DNA of 64,000 nt from positions 62,001 to 126,000 of the forward strand of contig JAVKOQ020000110.1 in NCBI GenBank assembly GCA_031835245.2, read 5' to 3'. This stretch comes from Balamuthia mandrillaris (lineage: Eukaryota). The position numbers and the translations under genes are program-made. Each line of letters starts with the position of its first letter. Position 1 is the stretch's first letter. This document shows, one piece after another, positions 52,129 to 63,425 of this stretch. The notes below the pieces were generated by a model. That model was not told the origin of the DNA. It did not search any database and saw only the letters and a program-made list of their open reading frames with translations.

Positions 52129-52203
52129 CCGCTATTCCTGTCCATGTCGACACGAAAAGAAGATAGAAAGGAAGAAAGAATAGATTTGGCGAGAAGCGCG
52201 CGA

Positions 52204-54709
52204 ATGTCCAAAGCGCCGCCCCTTCACCTGCTTCGTCGGCCTCGCGTGGGGCTGGTCCTGCGACGCGAGCTCCGAAAGTCACGCGTGATCAACTTTGTGG
52301 CCGAGTACCCTTCCCCCATTTCTTTTCTACTTGGCATAGAATTGTTTGTATCTTCATCGTCTCACTTTTTCTTTGTTGTTGTTGTTCTTCTTCTCTCCAT
52401 CTTCTTTCACAACAAAAAAAAGACACCATTTGAAGATGTTGAGTGAAGCGGGAGGTCTGCCTGTTCTGATCCCTGCGAGTTCAAATGCCACTGACGTGGC
52501 TTCCTATCGAGACACTTTGCATGGCTTGCTCATGTTCGAGGGCGATGACGTCAATCCTTTGGTATTTTATATGGCTTCTTTTGTTGTTGTTGTTGTTGTT
52601 CTTGTTCTTCTTCTTTTGCTTCTTCTTCTTCTTCTTCTTCTTCTTCTTCTTGTTCTTCTTCTTCTTGTTCTTCTTCTTGTTCTTGCTTCTTGTTCTTGCT
52701 TCTTCTTCTTGCTTCTTGCTTCTTCTTGCCTTCGTTCTTCTTTTCTTGTTCTGCTGAACGCGATGTTTTTTCAAACACAGTTTTATAGAAGCGATACGCA
52801 AGTATCACACCTCATAAAATCTACATGTGCTACCAAAGACTCTACAGAAATGCGTTTGTGCAAGTTCGACTCCTCTCTCTCTCTCTCTCTCTCTCACGCT
52901 TCTTTTGTTGTTTCTCTTTTCTTTCACTCTCTCTTCTCACAAGCATTCCAAACTCAACAGATGGGCTCTTCAAAATAACTATCCAGTGTTGGGCATATGC
53001 AGAGGAATGCAGTTGTTAAATGTGGCCTGCAATGGAGCTCTCTATGCAGATGTAAAGGTAACATGTGTTCTTGTTTGTTTTCTGCTTTATTGTTTTAGCC
53101 TGCATCTGTTCAACTTAACGAATTGGTCATGTACAGACAGAGCTGCCTTCAGACATTCCTCATGATCGTTGTGACACAGAAGATGCATGGAGACATGCCA
53201 TTAAGATAGTGCCTGACACACCCCTGCACCGGTGGTACCAGCAGGATACCATTCATGTAAATTCTTACCATCACCAAGGTTCGTTCTTTCTCTTCCCTTC
53301 CCTTCTCCCTTCTCTCGCCTCCAGTGCATCTCGTTTCTTCTCTTTGCTCTATCTCTTCTCCATTGATCTCTTCGCTTGTTCTTGTTTTCTTTCCAACAAA
53401 AGTTAAATGATGAACATCGTGTCATTTTAGGTATACGTGTATTAGCAAAACGATTCAAGCCAATGGCATTTAGCGAGGATGGCTTGATAGAAGCGTATTA
53501 CGATCCAGTAAGCCCTTTCACGGTAGGTCTACAGTTCCATCCTGAAAGACTACTCCCCAATGAGCATTTGGAAGGTAACATTGCTGTATTTCGTGACTTC
53601 GTGTCGGTACGTTTGTTTGTTTTTTTTTTTCCTTATTCCTTTTCAGTATTACTAATAATACTATCGTTTCGGTTGAGAAGGCATGCCGACAAAGAATGAT
53701 TGAAGATAGCAAGAATGCAAAAGCGGACAGTACTGATAATAGACCTATTCAACAATCAGGTATCTTCTCTTCTTTTCTTGCGCTCTAGTGCTCCATTCCT
53801 CCCCCTTTCTCTATTTTTTATTTTCGTCGTTGTGCTTTTCTTTCTTCTTTCTTTTAGTTCTTATCTATTATTCGTTCTAACATACTACCTTCTGCTAAAC
53901 AATCTTCAGAAGACCTTCATGCAGCTTTGATGCGTTTATGCTATGCAGCCTCTGCGGGAGACTTGGGCACAGTGAGATCTCTGTTGGAAAGCGGAACAGT
54001 GGATGTTAACGCTTGTGACTATGATCAACGAACTCCTCTCCATCTGGCTGCCTCTGAAGGACAACTTGATGTGGTTCAATATTTATTATCCAAAGGTTAG
54101 ACTTGATTGTTTACAACTTACAACCTTAAACAACAGACGCTAACACCTTCCTTTTGTCTGCTCTCTTTATTTCGCCCTCGTTCTCTCGTTCTCTCTTCTT
54201 TCCATTTACAGGTGCAACCGTTCACACGATGGACCGGTGGGGCAATTCCCCTCTTGATGACTCTGTTCGCCACAAGAACGACCGCACCGCCGAACTCCTC
54301 AAGCAACACGGCGCCAAGCTTCACACAGGCGAGTCCTACGTGAGCGCCCTCTGCACGGCGGCCTGCGTGGGCGAATTGGAGGAGCTCCAGCGGTTGGTCC
54401 ACTATGGAGCTGATGTGAACAAAGGAGATTATGACAGCAGGACACCACTTCATTTGGCCGCTGCGGAGGGCCATTTGGAATGTGTAAAGTTTCTGGTTTG
54501 TATTTTGTTTTTATCTCCTTTTTCTTGTTACTATTAGCTTCCAATTTTCTATCTTTTTTTCTTCTTTCTTTTCTGGCTTCTCACTTTTGCTCGTCCAGTT
54601 GAGCGTTGGAGCGAGAACGGACGTCGAAGATCGTTGGGGAGAGACGCCGCTCATGGAAGCTGCTCGCAAGAACCATAAATCCGTTCTTCGGGTGTTAGTC
54701 ACCAACTAA
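52204..54709 (+). CDS. Class I glutamine amidotransferase-like peptidase C26 (plant GAT1_2.1/PuuD-like) fused to C-terminal ankyrin repeats, multi-exon
   Basis: GGLPVLIP, GLLMFEGDDVNP, PVLGICRGMQLLNVACNGALY (catalytic Cys), VNSYHHQG, GLQFHPE. Then CDYDQRTPLHLAASEG, DRWGNSPLDD, DYDSRTPLHLAAAEG and DRWGETPL. An alternative ATG lies at 52144. Confidence 0.88.
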
Positions 54710-55504
54710 TACAAACAACTATGTGCAAATTCCTCGCTTGGTGTATTGTATTCTTTTTTGTGTTTTATAGACAGACCCAACTTTTCTTCATCGCTTTTGT
54801 CCTCCTCATTGACTCTTCAACAAACAGCACAACAACCACAACCTCATCAACTTGCCTTTTATTATTTTTCTTTTTCAGGTGAAAAGCCAGGGTGAGGTGA
54901 AGCAAACACTCCTCCTCAAGATGCAGCGCCAACATCAACGAAGGTCCCAAAGGAAGTTGGATCCTGAGATTTGGTGGCTGGATGCAGGGCCAAACGGTCT
55001 GGCGTTGGGAATGCTGCCTTTTGTAACCTGATGTTGTCGAGTCTCGCGAGGACCGCTTTTACTTCCTGATGCCTTATCTCTTTAACGCGTCTTTCTTTTC
55101 ATTTTTCTTTTCCGCTGCAACAGTTCCCGAAGATCGTTTCGCACGTTGAAGATACGTAGGGAGGGTGAGGCGTCAGGTTTGCCTGGACTCGGGGGTATCC
55201 ACAAGACACCCGGACGTTAGCCGCACTCATAATTGATCAATTTGCCCATAAAAAGGATGTCGACAGTAATGTGGAACGCTTTAAAAGGAAATGGTTTGAC
55301 AAAAAAGGATCAATTTCCGGTAATGATTTTGACTTTCTTATAGCGCCAATTTTTTTTTTTTTCCCTTGAGGACCCGACCTTGGGGCCTTATTCGTTCAAA
55401 CGCTCACAAGAAACAAGAACCAACCCGGTGAAAACAACCACGGCACGCTTGTTCGAAACACTCTTGTACTCTTCTTAGCGCATGCACGCATAAACAAAAA
55501 AAAA

Positions 55505-57359
55505 ATGTGTGCTCGAAAGAAACTTTTGACAACCAAAACGGACAAACTCAAGAGCAAAAAATGTTCTTCTTCCAAGCAGCACCCACAGAAACAGGAGCCA
55601 GGCTCTTCGCTCAAACTCTCCCTTCCAAAGTTGGTCTCCTTCTCCTCCTCTCCTGAGCTCTCGTTCTACTTGCAAAGCCTCTCCCCGCGCGAGCGTGCCC
55701 TCTTCTTGGACAGCCTCCTCGACATGAACGAGCAAACGGCTGTGGCCACTTTGGAGCGACACAGAGCGTACGCCCAGCTGATCAAGGAGAGCCCGGGGCT
55801 CGGAACGCTGAGCCTGTTGACGGAGGAGTGCTTGGCACGTATATTGAGGCACCTCTCCACCGCTGAGCTGTGTCGGTTCGCGCTTGTCTCGTCGGACGCT
55901 CGTCGTTTGGCTGGTAAGTGAACACAAGCACTCCCACGTAGTCTTTTTTGTTTTTATTCACCAGTTTGTTATTTTTAGTGGAACCTTCGCTGTGGAAACG
56001 GTTGATAGCGAAGCGGTGGGGTCGTGACGCGCTTACACTCTACAAAACTGTTGGCCTTCCGGACCGAGCTACTTGGAAAGACGTATATGCTTCCAAAGGT
56101 ACCTTTCTTATTCTTTTTTCTTTATATATTTCGTTGTTGTCGTTTTCTCTCATACTTAACATCCCTTTTAGACCTTGCAGACAGAGAACGAATCATCCGT
56201 TTAGCCATTTCCTTCTTCTCCTCCGCCGACCAAATCCACTTCAATCTCAACCTCCAAACCGACGCTCAAACCGACAAACAAAACGATTCCTCCTTCACAA
56301 AGTTCATTCCTCCCCACAAGCTCCTCAACGCTCGTCGCAAGTGCAGAGACTTTCTGCCTCCCTCCGAGCGGGTCGTGCTCCTCCAGGACCTCACCCTCTT
56401 CGGCTCCGCCAAGAGCAGTAAGCTTTTCGGACTGCAGGGCATCTATTTCGCCAACGTGGACAACCACGGCTCTGGCTTTGTCAGCTGGAAGAGCCTGATG
56501 GAGAGGCAGTGGGCGGGCTCCGGGTGTTCGGTCATTGAAAGGAGCGTGTATGATGGTTTGAAAGAGGCGTTTCTGAAGCATTACCAACATGGTTTGTTTC
56601 TTCTCTCTCCTGTTTTTTTGTTTTAAAATGTGTTTTTACTGATAAGAGGCTTTTATCGAACGTTATAGTGCAATGGTTGGAAGCAACACCGCTTAAAAAA
56701 CAAGACCCGGAAATAGTGAACAATTACAAAACGCAACAACAACGGCTGGACCTCATCCTGACGGCAGTGCTGCAGGGCTTTCCTTCTCCAAACTTTTACT
56801 GCATGCCCAACATTCCACCAAAGAAGCTCAAAGTACGTTGCTTAAAGTTCTACAGTTCTCCCTTGACTTTGGTTCTTGTTTTGTTCCTTTCTTCTTCTTT
56901 GTGTTCCTTTTTTTTTATCTTTCTTATGTTCCGCCAACTCTTTGTTTTCTACAGTCAGCAACAAAGAACTTTATGCTTCCCAAAGACGAGCAAGTCATTG
57001 CTTTGATGAGCAACGACATTCTCGGCTCCATAACGAGCGGCATCATATTTGGCGTTGCAGGACTGTACTGGCTCAACAAGGACTATCACAGTATGCCTGG
57101 CCTCTACTTCATGACCTACGAGATGCTGAGCAAGCAGTCCTTCCCTTTCGCCGTCTACAACACCATCGACGTGACCATAGGGCATGGCTTCGTTGCCATC
57201 CATCTCAAGCAGAACCGAAAGAGGCTGTTGAAGATTTTGACCTTTCTCAGAGATGAGTTCAGGAAGGAGCGAGAGAAAGCAGCTGCAGAGGCGAAAGAAG
57301 CAACCAGCGAGGCAAAGAATGCAAACCAGAAACAAGAAGAGGAGGAGGCCGCAAACTGA
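55505..57359 (+). CDS. F-box protein with two copies of an IPPxKL...FGSAK/LGSIT-type domain, multi-exon
   Basis: LSLLTEECLARILRHLSTAELCRFALVS...LWKRLIAKRW...TWKDVY, followed by an internal domain duplication. Confidence 0.8.
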
Positions 57360-57967
57360 GCAAGAAGAGGATCCTTTCTGTTATTTATTTATTTTTATTG
57401 TATTTAATTATTATTATTTAAACCGAAGAAAGTTTTTGCTTTATCCTCCGCGTAAGAGCAACATGCAACAGCAACAAACCCCAAGCTACGTCGCTCCACC
57501 TCTAGGGTACCTCCCACGCCGTGCTCCGGATGAAAGAAACCAGCATAACACATAGCAGAACACCACCACTCACCAGGCGACAACGCGAAACGCTAGGTAT
57601 ATGCTGCAACTCGTAGAGGACGGAGACCACCCCATGAGAGACGCCGCGACCGAAGAGCAAAAGTGAAGAAACAACAAAACCAACCGTTTCCTAACAAAAA
57701 AATTTCAAGACTTGTATCTCTCTGCTGCATGTATGTTTTCTTGTTTTATTTGATTGAGGAAAGTAACTGAACCCACTTTCTTGCTTTTCCTCCAGCCGTC
57801 ACCGATAAGGAATACTCCGCGCGGGACATACAATACAGAGCCGGCAAGGGTGTTTGTACAATGGAGACGATTGCACGAAGAGAAACACCCTTGGAAAGGG
57901 TGGGCTGATACCAACGGCGTGCAAAGCATTGAGCTTTACGATTGCACCTCACAAAATGGCGGCAATC

Positions 57968-58047
57968 ACTGAAAAGAAACGGCAAGGGAAACAAGGACAG
58001 CAAACAAGTCCCTGCGCTTCTCTGCCACTTTTTAGCGGGAAAACTCG
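57968..58047 (+). repeat. Dispersed ~80-bp intergenic repeat, copy 2
   Basis: Aligns with 44342-44420 in the same orientation. Confidence 0.85.
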
Positions 58048-58189
58048 CCAGTTTTTATTTTTCTTCAGAGAAGAATGAAAGAAGAAGTAGAAGCAAGCAT
58101 GAAGAGGAGAAGAAGCCCTTAGGGGGTCACCTCTTTTCATTTTTTCGATTATTGAGAAAAGCACAAACGAATAGACTTGCTTGTGTTGG

Positions 58190-59200
58190 ATGAACTTCCT
58201 TCTTCCCGACGAATTGTTGTGCCTCGTGTTGGGCTATCTGGGTAACGGCAGGATAGCGCTGGCCGCGAGGACTTGCCGTCGCTGGTTTGCCTGCTGTCCT
58301 CCCGCCCTCCGCCACAAGCTTTCCACGGACGCGGCGTGCAGCAGTTTGACCATGTTGAGGTGGGCCTTGGCCAACGGCTACTCCATGGACGAGACTACAT
58401 GCGCCAAAGCTGCCCGACAAGGTCGATTGGAAGTGTTGCGGTGGGCCAGAAAGAAAGGCTGCCCTTGGAGCACGAAAACCTGCCGAGCAGCCGCTGCGGG
58501 AGGTCAGTTGGAGGTGCTGAAGTGGCTTCAACGTAAGGGATGCCCTTGGGATGCTGTGGCCTGCGCAGAGGCAGCTGGCAGAGGGAATTTGGAGCTGCTG
58601 AAATGGCTGCGAGGGCAAGGATGCCCTTGGGATGATTGGACTTGTCAATGGGCGGCACGCAACGGCCGTTTGGAGGTGTTGCGGTGGGTGGTGCCGAACG
58701 GATGCCCTGGGGTGGGTCTCATCTGCGACGAGGCGGCCCTCAACGGACACTTGGAGGTGCTCCAGTGGGCTCAGAAAACTGGGCTTGATCTCGGGGAGGA
58801 TGCCTGCACCTTTGCATCCATCAAAGGGCACATGGAAGTGCTGCAGTGGCTTTGGGCGCAAGGCTGCCCTTGGGACTCCTACATTTGCGCCTTTGCTGCC
58901 GGGAGAGGCAACTTGGACCTGCTTAAATGGGTCAGAGAACGAGGGTGCCCTTGGGATCATCGCACATGCAGCTTTGCCGCCAGCAAAGGGTATTGGGAGG
59001 TATTGAAGTGGGCTCGAGAGCAAGGCTGCCCTTGGGACGAAAGCACGTGTGCCTGTGCAGCGGCGAGAGGCGACTTGGCAATGTTGAAATGGCTGCGAGA
59101 CCAAGGATGCCGTTGGAGCCAAACAACCTGTTCATACGCGATTCAGCATGGCCATCAAGAAGTGTTGAAGTGGGCACAGGAGCATGGATGCCCTTCGTGA
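58190..59200 (+). CDS. F-box + GCPW-type ankyrin-repeat protein, copy 3, intact and intronless
   Basis: MNFLLPDELLCLVLGYL...AARTCRRW followed by about 11 uninterrupted 25-aa repeats. Confidence 0.92.
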   Translation: MNFLLPDELLCLVLGYLGNGRIALAARTCRRWFACCPPALRHKLSTDAACSSLTMLRWALANGYSMDETTCAKAARQGRLEVLRWARKKGCPWSTKTCRAAAAGGQLEVLKWLQRKGCPWDAVACAEAAGRGNLELLKWLRGQGCPWDDWTCQWAARNGRLEVLRWVVPNGCPGVGLICDEAALNGHLEVLQWAQKTGLDLGEDACTFASIKGHMEVLQWLWAQGCPWDSYICAFAAGRGNLDLLKWVRERGCPWDHRTCSFAASKGYWEVLKWAREQGCPWDESTCACAAARGDLAMLKWLRDQGCRWSQTTCSYAIQHGHQEVLKWAQEHGCPS

Positions 59201-59585
59201 GCTTTGTTGCTCTGTGTGTACATACTACATACAAAGAAAAAAAATGGAGGATTTTTTACAATTCCTTCGCACCACCAACAACCCGACCAACACCACCACC
59301 ATTGGCCACCGGCGGTCACTTGCGACCACCGAGTCATCATTGTCGTCATCATCATCGTCCTCTGCAGCCACCCCGCTGCCATCATCTGCCGGTCTTCATC
59401 CAGCACGTAATGCGTCGTCTGTGCGGAAGAGGTTCGATTGATCGTGTGGAATCTCACCAATCAAAAATCAAAATTTCAATATTTGATCGTCGACAAAATT
59501 TCTTTGAACTCAGACTTACGTCAAATCCTGCACAAAATCTGCAAATAATCAGCACATCCTTGGTAGCGAAACAACAAGTAAACAG

Positions 59586-62500
59586 ATGGAGGAAGAGGTG
59601 TTGGGCACCTACGTTGACGCCGGCTTGGAGCATGAGCTTGCTTCTCCGGAGCATCACCTCCAAGGAGGAGGAGGAGAAGCATCCACCGAAGAAACTTATT
59701 CTTCCTCTTCTTCTTCTATGATTGGAACCTACGTGCAAGATTCTGAATTGTCGTTCTTGGAGACGAAAGAAGACGGGGCGGAGGAGGACGAGGACGACAC
59801 GACGGAGGAGGACGAGTCAGAGTCTGAAGCGGGGGATGAAGGACAAGAGTACTTGGAGATCGAGGAGGGAGCTATTGCAGCGAGCCAGCAGTTGCACCAA
59901 CAACGGCGCATCGCTTCAAAGGCATCTTCGTCTTCTCATCAAGTGGAGTCGTGGAACATTGACTTTGAGGACATTAAACTGCACGCCGTTTTGGGGTTCG
60001 CTCTTTTTGTTCTTTTGTGCTGTGCTCTCTCGCTCTCACTCTCTCTCTTCCTCTTCTTCTCTCTCTCTCTTGGGCTTACTGTTTCGCGTTTCGCTGCCTT
60101 TTGTACTTTTGTCATTTCTCGTCTTTCTCTGCTCTATTGCGTTCCTTTCATCGCTTCTCTACTTTCTCTTTCGTCGTTTCTCTTTCTCTTTCTCTTTCTC
60201 TTTCATCGTTTCTCTTTCTCTTTCTCTTTCGTCGTTTCTCTTTCTCTTTCTCTTTCTCTTTCGTCGTTTCTCTTTCTCTTTCTCTTTCGTCGTTTCTCTT
60301 TCTCTTTCTCTTTCTCTTTCTCTTTCTCTTTCTCTTTCGTCGTTTCTCTTTCTCTTTCTCTTTCTCTTTCTCTTTCTCTTTCTCTTTCTCTTTCTCTTTC
60401 TCTTTCTCTTTCTCTTTCTCTTTCTCTTCTTCCTTTCGTTCTAATCTCAAGTTTCTTTCTCGCATTTTTGGTGAAACACATCAGGAAAGGAGCATTTGGA
60501 AAAGTTTACAAAGGAACGCTATGGAAAACGGTTTGGCTGCTCCTCCTTTCTGTTGTGGTGTTCCCTATTTCTTATTTGTCCACCTTTGCTCTTGCTTCTT
60601 TCCGTTACTCTTTTCTTGTTTTTATTCTCATGTTGCTTTCCAAAAGGCAGTTGCTGTGAAGATGTTGCATCAGCAACATATGGGTCCAACTGCTTCAGAA
60701 GACTTTAAACGCGAAATCGACATTCTGACGTTCGTACCTCTTTCGCTCTCTCTCTCTCTCTCTCCATTTGCTTACTTTCTCTTCTAATACAATGAACCAA
60801 AGTAAACTACGACATCCGAATTGGTAAGCAAACAAAAAACAAGAAACTAGTGGGCGTTGTAACTCTTATCATTTCTTACCTACATCCGTGCCTCTTCTCT
60901 CTCTTCTGCAGTGTTTTATTTTTAGGAGCCTGTACTGAGAAAGAGTTGTGTCTTGGTACCTCTCTATTCGCTTTTCTGCTTTGTTTAAATCATTTTGTGC
61001 CTTCTTCTGTATGCTTGTTACTACTTCCTTCTCCTGCGCCAGCCTAACGTTATGTATTAAGTAATGGAATACATGGCATTGGGAAGTTTGCAACGACTGT
61101 TAGAGAAAGACTCTAAATCACTCGCCAGGGAACGCATTATCAGCATAGCGTTGGACATCGCTCAGGGCATGAACTATCTTCATTCAAGAAAACCACCCAT
61201 TGTTCATCGGTTCGCTTTATCTCTTTTCCAACTTCTCCCGACGCTTTTTTGTCTCTCCTTCTCTCTCTCTCTCTCTCAATCTCTCTCTTTCTCTCTCTCT
61301 GTCTCTGTCATTCTCTTTTATTCCTTGTCTTAAACATTTCTATTTTCCTTTTTAAAAAAGAGACTTGAAGAGTGGCAACATTTTAGTGAATGCCAATTGG
61401 ACAGCCAAAGTCGCTGACTTTGGTATATTTGTTACATTCTCTCATTTCTTTGTTTCATTCTTCTGACGACTACACTCTTGTTTATTAAAAAGGTTTATCT
61501 ATCCTCCTGGAGAAAGAGAAAAAGAGATCGTCTTCTTTCTGTACGTCGTTGCAGTGGAGAGCTCCTGAAGCTACAGTCAATTCTAACAATCCCAAAGAGG
61601 ACGTATTTAGTTATGGCATTCTGCTTTGGGTATCTACTTTTCTTTCCATTTTCTTCCCTTTGAACCAACCACGTTTACTCATTTTTATTTTTATATATAT
61701 CTGGATGTTATTAAGGAAATTGTAACAAGGTTCTCTCTCTTGCTCTCCATTTCTCTATTCCTGTTTATTGTCCTCTTCTCGTTATCTTCTCTGTCTTCTG
61801 TTCTTGATTTGTTGACAAGCTTACACGCTTTCTGTTTGTACTACTGTTATATCAGAAAAACGCCGTACCACAACATGTCGTTGCAAGAAATAGCAAGAGG
61901 AGTTCAACAAGGACTTCGACCCTCCATCCCTTCCTACTGTCCACCAAAGTTAAGCCAACTGATGCGCCGTTGTTGGGACACTGATCCAGCCAAACGTCCT
62001 ACTTTCGCTGACATCATAAAATATCTCAAAGAAGAGTTTCGTGAGTTTTTGAAGAAGAAGAACCTTCAAGATAAAGACTTGGTCGAAGGCTCGTTTCTCC
62101 TCTCTCGCTCTCCTTTTCCTCTCCTCTTTCTCCCTTTCTGTTTCTGTTTGTCTGATTGAAATTCTGGTCATACAACAGTGGTTTCGCTTCAAAAGAAAGC
62201 AGCTGATATAAGAAAAACGTTTGAGGAAAGAAGTAACAACCAGTTGTATTTGCCAGATAGAAGAAAGCACGTTACCATGCATGCTCGAGTCTCTTGTGCC
62301 ATGTTGGATTATGGTTAGTATTTATTTCCTTCTTCTTATTTTGTTGTTCTCTTTTCTTTACCCTCACTCTCTCTCTCATTTTCGCTCTATTCTCTCCCTC
62401 TCTCTCATATAGGAAACATGGAATGGGGCAAACGCCTCCTCATGGACACCATCTTCCCTCTCACCACGCAAGTAACCGACGGCGTCATCTTCCTTCGGGA

Positions 62501-63362
62501 CAACACCATCGGGAAGCTCTACCTCATCACCCTCTACAAAGAGTTAGAGGACATGTTAAAAGGAGAGATGGCAATTGCAGAGAATGCAGAACTGGCCGAG
62601 CAATTAGGCGCTCTCCTCTGCACGCCGTTGGTAAGGGAGCACATGGTTGTTGTGCACGCAGAGATGATGAGCGATGAGGAGTATGTCAAGAAAACCAAAC
62701 AGAGAGCGGAGGAAGAAGAGGCCAACAAGAAGAAGAAGCGGAAGATGATTAAAAAGAAGAAGCAAATGAAAATGAAGAAAGAAGATGAGCATAAAAAGAA
62801 AGGAACAGATGCAACGAAGAAGACAGGAGCCGAAAGCGAACAACAGAAGACAAATGATAAAAAAGAACAAACGGCAAGCAGCAAAAACAAGACCACAAAG
62901 AAGAAAAAGAAGAAGAGACAACGAACCGCATCAAACGTGGAAAACGGAGTAGGGATAGTGGGATACGCTCACACCTCCATCATCTACCTGCGCAAGGGAA
63001 CCTACGCTCGCTCTTTGGCCACTTTTGTGCTCAAGGTGGTGCCCAAGCTCAGGAAGTTAGATGGCTGGAAGGGCGTCATCATCTTCAGCTGCCCCAACAG
63101 CGGCAAAGTGTGGGTGGTCAACTTCTTCACCAGCAAGAAGAGCTTGAAGAGGATGGAGAGAAACGGCTGGGTCCACTTGGTGTGCCGAAAGATTGGGGCC
63201 GCCTTTGCCAGCATTCCTGTGACGGAGGCGGCCCGGGTGGATGGCTTGAAGCTGCCCGCGCGCGTGCCGATCATCACGCGGAAGCTTATCGTGAAGCACA
63301 AGCTGAAGCAGAAAGCAAAGCAAGTGGTTTCTGCTCATCACAAACAACAAGAAGAAAAATAG
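59586..63362 (+). CDS. TKL-group protein kinase with acidic N-terminus and two C-terminal ABM-like (dimeric alpha-beta barrel) domains, many small exons
   Basis: [66 protein letters not shown]. The link to the C-terminal part needs a GC-AG intron at 62089-62178. Confidence 0.85.
60165..60428. repeat. (TCTTTC)n intronic microsatellite
   Basis: Directly visible in intron 1 of the TKL kinase. Confidence 0.95.
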
Positions 63363-63425
63363 TTCAATAGCTGCACTGCCAATAACCTCCTTTTTTTTTT
63401 TCCTGCGTTCTCTCTCTCGTTCTTG

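Noticed and set aside
54879..55031. Open stretch after a TTTCAG acceptor-like site downstream of the GATase-ankyrin gene
   Set aside because: The upstream gene already has a stop at 54707-54709 and no matching donor was found.
57463..57972. Possible small gene MQQQQTPSY... with a downstream exon
   Set aside because: In-frame stop after 30 codons and no recognisable domain.
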